Shown: positions 9,331 through 17,136 of the stretch, piece by piece | How positions within the stretch are numbered: position 1 is the stretch's first letter | Layout: every line of letters begins with the position of its first letter | Origin: Promethearchaeota archaeon Loki_b31 | GTDB lineage: Archaea; Asgardarchaeota; Lokiarchaeia; Sigyniarchaeales; SOKP01 | DNA length: 31,980 nt | Reading direction: 5' to 3' | Assembly: GCA_005222975.1 (NCBI GenBank) | Contig: NJBI01000040.1 | Location: 1-31,980 of the forward strand | Position numbers and translations under genes: made by a program | The notes under the pieces: generated by a model | Told to the model about the DNA's origin: nothing | The model's input: the letters and a program-made list of their open reading frames with translations, nothing else | Databases searched by the model: none

Positions 9331-10743
9331 TTAAATTTCGGTATTTTTATTCATATTTTTATTTGATCTACTAAAATCATACAAAAATTTGAACGCCTTT
9401 ATTGCGTGGCTTATCTGAGTCATTATTGGAATTTTATATTTATACGAATGTTTTAAAAAATATTCAAGAACCCAGCGGGAACCAAAAACACAAGTAATAA
9501 CGGGTTTATTGAGCTTGGTTGAAAGGTTTTTCATTTCCCTCAAGTGTGGTGTTATAGGTATAGAAAAGGTTTCTAAAGGTTTTTGAGGGACAGCGAAAAT
9601 ATGTAATAAGGCATCAACATTCTCATCGTTTAGTATCGCTTTTAATGATTTACTAAAAGTCATAAATATAGAAGGTCCCAAGTCGACGGGATTCTTCAAA
9701 GAAGTCCAATTGGGTGAGATAGATCTCATTTGTTGAATGGTAGACTCATTTAAAACTGCAAGTTTTAGGCCTAGTCTTTCAATTTCGTCGCATGCTAATA
9801 TACCTAAACTTCCAGAGGATGTAATTATTGCGATGTTCTTTCCTTTAGGTAAGGGTTGAGTAGCAAATACTTGAGCGATATCAAACATCTCGTAAAAATT
9901 ATTTACGCGATAGATACCGGAATATTGTTTGAAAATTGCATCGTAAATTTTGTCGTCTCCAGCGATAGAGCCAGTGTGACTCTTTATTGCTTTAGAACCA
10001 ATTTCGCTGCGACCATTTTTTAGAATTAAAACAGGTTTAGTTAATTTTCTTAATATTTCGATTAACTTTGGTCCTCGTTTCACGCCTTCTAAATAAACTG
10101 TTATTACATTAGTATTCGTATCTTTCTCAAGGTATTCCAGCATATCAATCTCATCAACATCTACTTTATTTCCAAGAGTTATAGTCTTCGAAAAACCAAT
10201 TTTCTGACTTGCTGACCATTCAACAAATATATTTCCTAACACACCTGACTGTGCGATAATAGAAATGGTTCCCCCTTCTATAGATTGATTAAAATCTATT
10301 TCTGTGGTTGTAAATTTGTTATTAAAATTAGTAACACCCACACAATTAGGGCCAATTATTCTTACATCCGAATTTTTAGCGATTACCCCTATATCTTCTT
10401 GGATTTTAACAAATTTCTCGATACCCGTTTCAGCAAAGCCCGCAGTTTCTATAATTATTCCTTTAACTCTTTTTTTGACAGAATCCTTCACTATTTGAAG
10501 CACATTTTCATTCCTTACTACGATAATTGCTAATTCGATATCATCTGGTATATCATTAATATTTTTGAACACTTTATGACCAAAAATAATATCTTTGCTT
10601 ATATTTACGGGATATGTTTTAAAATCCGAATTCAATAAATAATATGTCATAGTATAACCAAATTTGAAAGTATCTGAAGCACCTATAATAGCAATGGATT
10701 TGGGGTTAAAGAAAACATCCATATCAGTTATTTGATCGCTCAT
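9331..10743 (-). CDS. ADP-forming acyl-CoA synthetase, alpha subunit (CoA-binding)
   Basis: FFNPKSIAIIGAS, AGFAE, IIGPNCVG, AQSG, LGNKVDVDE, SHTGSIAG (phospho-His) and NPVDL motifs. Confidence 0.9.
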   Translation of the reverse strand: MSDQITDMDVFFNPKSIAIIGASDTFKFGYTMTYYLLNSDFKTYPVNISKDIIFGHKVFKNINDIPDDIELAIIVVRNENVLQIVKDSVKKRVKGIIIETAGFAETGIEKFVKIQEDIGVIAKNSDVRIIGPNCVGVTNFNNKFTTTEIDFNQSIEGGTISIIAQSGVLGNIFVEWSASQKIGFSKTITLGNKVDVDEIDMLEYLEKDTNTNVITVYLEGVKRGPKLIEILRKLTKPVLILKNGRSEIGSKAIKSHTGSIAGDDKIYDAIFKQYSGIYRVNNFYEMFDIAQVFATQPLPKGKNIAIITSSGSLGILACDEIERLGLKLAVLNESTIQQMRSISPNWTSLKNPVDLGPSIFMTFSKSLKAILNDENVDALLHIFAVPQKPLETFSIPITPHLREMKNLSTKLNKPVITCVFGSRWVLEYFLKHSYKYKIPIMTQISHAIKAFKFLYDFSRSNKNMNKNTEI

Positions 10744-10912
10744 AATTTAGTTTGTCCCTTTGAAAAGATTATATAAAAGATTATAATTTATTGAACTTAA
10801 AATTTAGTTTTAAAGGTTGAAACTATATTGTTTTCGAAATTAGGGGTATTTAAATTCTAAGATGTAGATAGATTGTAAGACGATAAAATCAATTTATTTT
10901 TTTAAAAATTGT

Positions 10913-11482
10913 ATGGAAGCTATAACAATTAATAGATATGTTCAAGTTATTTGTCCTGTGTGTAAAGCACAGAACACGGTACGGATTCCTAAGTCCGTAA
11001 TTAACCAAGCTTCTCAACTAACTACCGTCTCTGTTCCTAAAGGTGAAATTTGTCAACATCACTTCCAATTATTTATAGACAAAAATTTTAAAATACGGGG
11101 ATACCAAAAAGTCGATTTTCAATTAGACTCAGAGAATGACAAAAAGAAGAAAAATCTAAGATATAATTACAAAGATAATTTTGTAAATAGTTTAAAGCTA
11201 TACAAATCTTCAGTATCAAAGGACAATTCTATCAAAAATGTACCAAAAAAGCCATATAATAAAAAAGAAACAAAAAAAATCGAAGAGAGCTTTAATAGAA
11301 AAAATAATAGAACATTACAAGATATTTACGAAGAATTTTGGGAATTTATCAGTGATAACAATGAAACTTTTCAAAAATTTATTGATAAAGACAAAAAAAG
11401 AAGGTTTCTTTTGAAAATGAATGAATTAACACCAGTTTCGGATCACAATTTATTACAAACAGTTGACAAAACTGTGCAGTAA
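10913..11482 (+). CDS. Hypothetical protein with N-terminal Zn-binding domain
   Basis: CPVC...CQHHFQLFIDKNFKIRGYQKVD; this resembles a domain I associate with Lokiarchaeia hypothetical proteins. Confidence 0.7.
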   Translation: MEAITINRYVQVICPVCKAQNTVRIPKSVINQASQLTTVSVPKGEICQHHFQLFIDKNFKIRGYQKVDFQLDSENDKKKKNLRYNYKDNFVNSLKLYKSSVSKDNSIKNVPKKPYNKKETKKIEESFNRKNNRTLQDIYEEFWEFISDNNETFQKFIDKDKKRRFLLKMNELTPVSDHNLLQTVDKTVQ

Positions 11483-11574
11483 ATTTTTAAGAAAATTCCT
11501 CTAAATATCATTAATCATTTATTATTTTTCAAATCTTCAAATTTATAGATTACTTCTTGTAAGAGCTTAACATA

Positions 11575-12726
11575 ATGGGCATAGGCGGATTAATACAAAA
11601 AGAATTTGGTAGAATTAAATCTGATAAAAGAACTTTAATTCTATTATTTGCAATACCAATAATCTTAATTGTCATTTTTGGGCTTACTACGGGTGTTGGA
11701 CCTATGAAATTCTTTACCTCTGCGATTATAACTCTCGATGAAATGCCTACTTACGATAATTTCCCGTCAAATTCTTCTCAATACGACGATATTTTTATCT
11801 CGATTATGGAACAGAATACCACAACGTGGGATCTTTATCGATACTATAATAGTACTAACAGTGGAGAATATAACGAAGCATTTGATCGATGTTTTAATTT
11901 ATTAAAAAATGAACTAATAGATGTTTTTATTGTACTCCCTAATAACTTCTCAGAATCTGTAGCAAATAAAACTAACCCAATATTAATCTATTATATTGAT
12001 GGCTCTGATCTAAGCGCTGTAGGTGCAATTGAGGTAGCTCTCCAAGAACCCCTCGCTCTATTTCGCGTTGAAATTAATATGCTGGAAAATTTTACAATAA
12101 TGGTACCTCACCTTGAATTTGGAGTCCCTTCATGGGAATCTCAATTGCTCAATTATTCATTAGCTCTGATCCTACCAATAATAATAATTGGAACTACGAT
12201 GAATTTAACATCTCTAACAATTGTTTCTGAGGGCCCACTTCCGCGAATGCTTATTACTCCTACGGCAAAAAGAGATATAATCCTTAGCAAACTAATTGCA
12301 AATACTGTAATAATGATAATGCAAGCTACAGAAATATTCGTAATGACGTCATTTTTCGGTTTATATAGTTTAGGCTCGTTATTTAATTTTTATCTAGTTT
12401 TAATAATGATTGGCTTTAGTGGAATAGCCATAGGTTTATGTATCTCTGCAATTAGCCCAACAGAACAAGGAGCTAATCAAATGTACTTGATGCTGTTTAT
12501 TATTATCATAATTTTTTCAGGAACTATTATGCCGCCTGAGTCTTTGGGGAGTGCGCGATTTCTTTCAGACATGCTTCCTTTAAGTCACGCTTCAGTCCTC
12601 ATAACAGATATAACATTAAGAGGTTTATCGTTAAATTTAGAGCATGTTCTTTCTATTCTTTTAATTTCATTAGTTTTTCTAGCAATTGCTTATATCGCAT
12701 ATAAGTTTAAAAAAGTGGAGGTGTAA
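11575..12726 (+). CDS. ABC-2 type transporter permease
   Basis: QKEF..IKSDKRTL N-terminus, an extracellular loop, RMLITP....IILSK, and FSG..MP...LPLSH. Confidence 0.9.
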   Translation: MGIGGLIQKEFGRIKSDKRTLILLFAIPIILIVIFGLTTGVGPMKFFTSAIITLDEMPTYDNFPSNSSQYDDIFISIMEQNTTTWDLYRYYNSTNSGEYNEAFDRCFNLLKNELIDVFIVLPNNFSESVANKTNPILIYYIDGSDLSAVGAIEVALQEPLALFRVEINMLENFTIMVPHLEFGVPSWESQLLNYSLALILPIIIIGTTMNLTSLTIVSEGPLPRMLITPTAKRDIILSKLIANTVIMIMQATEIFVMTSFFGLYSLGSLFNFYLVLIMIGFSGIAIGLCISAISPTEQGANQMYLMLFIIIIIFSGTIMPPESLGSARFLSDMLPLSHASVLITDITLRGLSLNLEHVLSILLISLVFLAIAYIAYKFKKVEV

Positions 12727-12729
12727 AGA

Positions 12730-13914
12730 ATTAAACGGAGCAATTTTAAGAATAATATATTTCGATTAGCCAGACAAATAAAGAAAGAATTTCAACTCTT
12801 ATGGACTGATAAATTTAATATTTTTATAGCTCTAATAGTTCCACCTCTTGTAGTTGCCTTATTAGGAGTAACCTCTAACATTTCAGGTTCTTCTTTAAAC
12901 CCTATAGATTGCGTTGTGGTTTCTTACGATTCAAATACATTTATTAATGAAAATAATTTTACCGAGTCAAATTTAGATGATTACAATATGAAATATGTTG
13001 AGGCTGTAAACAACTCGAATTTATTAAATCTTATACAATTTTTTAACGCTTCTGAAGAGATTTATGCGATGGAAACGGCTAGAAATTATCTAACTTCAAA
13101 GAAAATTAAGGTTATTATCGCAATTCCAGTTGATTTTTCAGAATTACTAATCTGGGGGTATCCCGGTTTAATAGAATGTATATCAGATTCATCAGATTTT
13201 AAAAAAATTCAAGAAAATTTGAATGCTGTTTACGATTCTATTAAAATTTTTGTTAATCAAAATAATTTGACCCCTCAATTTGAAGTTCGTGGTTTTGAAG
13301 AATTTTCGATACCTGAAGGCTATAGTTTTAAATATAATTATAACATGGTACTTGTTCTCTCTTTTATGGTTATAGGCGTTGGGATGGTCTCAACAATTTT
13401 AATAATAGTTCAAGAAAAACCAATTGCGAGATTATTGCTCACTCCCGTTAAAAGGGCTGAGATTCTATCTGCAAAATATATCACTTATACAAGCATTTTG
13501 ATTATTCAAGATCTTTCACTTGTTATTAGTGCTTTAGCATTTGGGTTATATGTAGTAGGTTCATTGTTCGATTTATTTCTCGCATTATTTATTTTAGGAT
13601 TTACCGGCCTTGCTATAGGTATTTTTATTAGCACATTTAGCAAAACTAAAACTCAAGCAAACCAATTATTTTTTGCTACTTTTCTAGTTTTAATTCTTCT
13701 AAGTGGAATATTTATTCCTATTGATGCCATGCCGATTTACTTACAAATTATAGCATACGCGCTTCCGTTATCTCATGGAAGTCCATTAATAACAGGAATA
13801 ATCACTAAGGGAAAATCAGTATTTGGTTTTGACTTTTTTACTTTATTAGGCGTTAGCATTTTTCTTGTAATTACTTCCTTCATAATATTTCAAAGAAGGA
13901 AATATGAGGTGTAA
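12730..13914 (+). CDS. ABC-2 type transporter permease (probable ATT start at 12730)
   Basis: Frame is open from 12727. The extension encodes QIKKEFQLLWTDKFNIFIALIVPP (TM1, homologous to the first permease). GGAGGTG RBS lies 6 nt before ATT. RLLLTPV and LSGIFIP motifs. Confidence 0.85.
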   Translation: MKRSNFKNNIFRLARQIKKEFQLLWTDKFNIFIALIVPPLVVALLGVTSNISGSSLNPIDCVVVSYDSNTFINENNFTESNLDDYNMKYVEAVNNSNLLNLIQFFNASEEIYAMETARNYLTSKKIKVIIAIPVDFSELLIWGYPGLIECISDSSDFKKIQENLNAVYDSIKIFVNQNNLTPQFEVRGFEEFSIPEGYSFKYNYNMVLVLSFMVIGVGMVSTILIIVQEKPIARLLLTPVKRAEILSAKYITYTSILIIQDLSLVISALAFGLYVVGSLFDLFLALFILGFTGLAIGIFISTFSKTKTQANQLFFATFLVLILLSGIFIPIDAMPIYLQIIAYALPLSHGSPLITGIITKGKSVFGFDFFTLLGVSIFLVITSFIIFQRRKYEV

Positions 13915-14121
13915 AATGGAGATTTCTAATCCTTCTGATAATTCAATGGTACTAGTGGAAAACTTAAATGTCACATTTGGGAAAAACCAAATTGTGCATG
14001 ATGTATCTTTTAATGTGAAGCAAGGTGAAATCATTGGTATGTTTGGAATTTCAGGCGCTGGAAAAACAACAATTATTAGGGTACTAACATGCCAAATTGA
14101 AAAGAAAAATTGGAATGGAAA
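13903..14121 (+). repeat. Left copy of a ~219-bp imperfect direct repeat (RBS plus 5' end of the ABC ATPase gene)
   Basis: Collinear with 16055-16273 at an offset of 2152. 14000-14114 is identical to 16152-16266, and 13903-13919 is identical to 16055-16071. Confidence 0.95.
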
Positions 14122-14128
14122 AAGATAA
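13916..14128 (+). pseudogene. Truncated 5' copy of ABC ATPase (Walker A only)
   Basis: GISGAGKTT is present, then homology ends at about 14121 and a stop follows. Confidence 0.9.
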
Positions 14129-14198
14129 AGATACTCCTGAAGTGTATCGATTACTAATAGAAATGATAGAAGATCTAAAACAAACAGCAAAAAAATAA
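14115..14198 (+). pseudogene. 27-codon fragment paralogous to part of the ORF at 14212
   Basis: EKDKDTPEVYRLLIEMIEDLKQTA aligns with DKDKGTPEVYQLLLEKIEQIKRSA; DNA at about 14121-14188 resembles about 14278-14345. Confidence 0.7.
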
Positions 14199-14211
14199 GA
14201 AAGTGAACTAA

Positions 14212-14748
14212 TTGGAAGATAAAGAAGATCAGGAAGAATTTAGAAAAAGAATTAAAGATTTAGTAGATAGATTGGATAAAGATAAAGGTACTCCTGAAGT
14301 TTATCAACTATTATTAGAAAAAATAGAACAAATAAAAAGATCAGCTATCTCGAAAATAAACAAAGCATCTCGAAACGAAAAGGTTATTATTGGACTTGTA
14401 TATATAATTCGGGAATACAATATGTTAAGATTTGATCCTAAATATCCTTTTGAAAAAGATCATGTTCTAGAGGAGATTGACGCATTGTATAAATTAATCT
14501 ACAAGGAATTGCAAAAACCAAATCCCTATATTCCTGATACATGGGATATAGATGAAAAGAAAAGGATACTTAACAATATGAGAGAGGTTTTGGGAATAGA
14601 AAATATGAACAAATTTTATAAGAAATACAAAATTCATAGGTTAGTTCGTTTAAAACTAGATATGAGAAAAGGTTTTCAATACTATGCGTATTGTTGGATA
14701 ATCGCATTTATTATTTTACTTATAATTTTTTTGGCTCAGAGGTTATAA
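14212..14748 (+). CDS. Hypothetical tail-anchored membrane protein
   Basis: 178-aa charged helical ORF with a single C-terminal hydrophobic segment. Confidence 0.65.
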   Translation: MEDKEDQEEFRKRIKDLVDRLDKDKGTPEVYQLLLEKIEQIKRSAISKINKASRNEKVIIGLVYIIREYNMLRFDPKYPFEKDHVLEEIDALYKLIYKELQKPNPYIPDTWDIDEKKRILNNMREVLGIENMNKFYKKYKIHRLVRLKLDMRKGFQYYAYCWIIAFIILLIIFLAQRL

Positions 14749-14848
14749 TAGGCTTAAATGGTGTTAAAACTTATTTGTCTATTGCATACTTTTTTATATT
14801 AATAGTTTAAGGAATATATTTTTAAATAAAAATCCGAATCCTTAAGTT

Positions 14849-15217
14849 ATGACGATAACATATTCTCGAAAAATAAAAAATAAAATTCGAAAATCAATAA
14901 TAGTATTTTCAATTACATTTGCTGTTCTTTTTTCAGGATTTATTCCTCTTATTGATCTTCCCGAAGGAAATATTCGTGAAGAACCAAATGTGTGGTTTAA
15001 TCCTCATTTATCTGATTTTTAATATGAATGTACTGTAACTACAAATAATACTTTTAACGCTTATAACAAGTCTTATATTATATGTAAAATTCAAAATACG
15101 GATTACTCAAAGTTTTGGTTTAATGGAACACAATACGATGTCAGTTATGGAATGAATATTTTACCTGTTGATTTTAGATTTGGATTGTGTAGAGATATTA
15201 AGGTCGTTAATAAGTGA
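14849..15217 (+). pseudogene. Remnant of a secreted or surface protein gene
   Basis: ATG, then a basic and hydrophobic signal-like N-terminus (KIRKSIIVFSITFAVLFSGFIP), a premature TAA at 15020-15022, and a continuing frame (…FWFNGTQYDVSYGMNILPVDF) that runs into the next ORF. Confidence 0.6.
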
Positions 15218-15986
15218 AAATTGTGTTTGTATATGCTTAAACTGTCATGGTGTCTTGCATTCAACTTTTAATTCTAATATCGAAGAAATACTTAAAGGTA
15301 TATTTACTGAAAATGAAATAAATAAATTTTCTTCAGATGTAAATCTAATTTTAAGTAGAATAAACAACGCGATTATAAGTTTCAAGTTTAAGTTAGAAAC
15401 AATTAAATTTATATCTCCTTTAAAATATGCAATTAATCAAAATGATATTTGGAAAATAAAAATGTTGAAGATATTTTCATATTTGAAACAAAGTGAGTTT
15501 AGAACAAAAGATATTATGAGTTTATGTAACAATAATTACTCTAATGCTTATGAAATAATAAGTAAACTAGTTGAGAAAGAATTCTTACTTCGTGTAAAAA
15601 GAGAGGGTTTTACACAAAACTATTATAAATTTTCAGAAGAGGGAATTAAAAGAGTTAAGGAGATACAACAAACATATGAGTTACACGAAGGTTTGATATC
15701 TTTAGACAATGAACAAATTATTTCTACTCAAAGAATGGAGAATGATGATATACTTGAAATATATCCTAAAATCATAAAGAGTATCATAAAAACTAAGGGA
15801 TATAATGAGTTTACAGTAAAAGAATTAGCAGAAGCCATTGGAAAAAGCACAGTTAACATATCCAGAAATTTAAGAGAAAAATTGATACCAAATGGTTATG
15901 TAAAAGTTAAGATTTCTTCTATTATTACAAAAAAATGTGGAAGTACAAAAGTTTATTATTTAACCGACAAAACAGAGATTCTATAG
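15168..15986 (+). pseudogene. N-terminally truncated HNH-endonuclease-like protein with two winged-HTH domains
   Basis: ENCVCICLNCHGVLH matches the C-terminal half of an HNH motif (N-x3-LC-xx-CH-x3-H). wHTH-like segments FRTKDIM…ISKLVEKEFL and FTVKELAEAIGKSTVNISRNL. No convincing start, and the first His is missing. Confidence 0.6.
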
Positions 15987-16054
15987 AATCATTTTTATTA
16001 ACTTATTATTGTATTATATATTATAAATTGAAGAATATAATATTTATTAGAATG

Positions 16055-16273
16055 TATGAGGTGTAAAATGGGTACATCCAAATCTTTAGAGGAAGTAATG
16101 GTCTTAGTAGAAAACTTAAATGTCACCTTTGGGAAAAACCAAGTTGTGAACGATGTATCTTTTAATGTGAAGCAAGGTGAAATCATTGGTATGTTTGGAA
16201 TTTCAGGCGCTGGAAAAACAACAATTATTAGGGTACTAACATGCCAAATTGAAAAGAAAAATTGGAGTGGAAA
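16055..16273 (+). repeat. Right copy of the ~219-bp direct repeat
   Basis: Collinear with 13903-14121 at an offset of 2152. Confidence 0.95.
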
Positions 16274-17136
16274 TGTTGTAGTTACGAGTTTAAATCCTAG
16301 TAAAAAAAAAAATCATTCAAAAATTCTAAGTAATATTGGATACGTTCCTCAACTAGAACTATTGAATTTATATTTTGAATTAGACCCTTTAAAAAATGTT
16401 GATGTGTTTACATCTACTTATGGAATGAACAAAAAAAAGGCAAGGGAAACTGCTGAAAAGCTGTTTAAAATATTGGACATTCCTGAGGACACTTGGAAAA
16501 AAAGGGTATCGCGGATGAGCGGGGGCGAAAAGAAGCGTCTTTCAATGGCTATTGGTTTAATACATAATCCTGATGTATTATTCCTTGATGAACCGACTAC
16601 ACTATTAAGTTGTTTAAACTAATAGAGTTTTAGGTGTCGATGCATCGAAACGCTATGATATACTCAGTTATCTAGAGAAGTTAAACCAGCATTTAAACAC
16701 AACCATGTTTATTATTACACACGATTTAGAAGCGGCACTAATATGTGGTAAAACTGCGATATTAAGGCAGGGGAAATTACTCGAATTTGATACACCTCAA
16801 AAATTAATATCTTCTTTGCCAAGTGGGGGTTTAGTAGCGAGAATTTCAATCGAAAATTTAGATCAAAAAGTAATAAAAACGGTTCAAAAATTTGATTCAG
16901 TCAAAAATGTATTACGCGTTGGAAATGAAACTATCGAAGTATTAATGGAAAATTTTGAGAATAACTTACCTAAATTAATGAAATATTTATTTGCGAATGA
17001 CGTTAAAATTTATTCAATGAGTAGGGATATTGCCAATTTTAGAAGGTTCTTTCAGATTAGAATCCAAGAGGAAGAAGAAAAAGAAAAGGAAGTAGATATT
17101 TCTGAAATAAATAGTGAAGGTGGAATTACATCTTAA
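16068..17136 (+). CDS. ABC transporter ATP-binding protein; predicted spliced gene join(16068..16600,16632..17136), 345 aa
   Basis: Walker A GISGAGKTT, signature MSGGE and Walker B LFLDE lie in exon 1. Removing 16601-16631 gives DEPTTGVDASKR and joins the frame carrying the ITHD H-loop (ORF 16705-17136). Confidence 0.92.
16601..16631 (+). other. 31-nt BHB intron in a protein-coding gene
   Basis: RNA reads ACC-GACU-AC^A-CUAUUAAGUU-GUUUA-AACUAAUAG-AGUU-UU^A-GGU: 4-bp helix GACU/AGUU, bulges ACA and UUA, a 9-bp intron stem and exon stem ACC/GGU. It contains in-frame stop codons. Confidence 0.9.

Noticed and set aside
13903-16273. IS element or prophage call for the insert
   Set aside because: No transposase, integrase, terminal inverted repeats or viral genes are visible.
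16056-17136. Treating the ATPase as two genes, a pseudogene, or a programmed frameshift
   Set aside because: The break is a clean 31-nt structured insert with stops and no flanking duplication. Frameshifting would leave extra residues in the D-loop.
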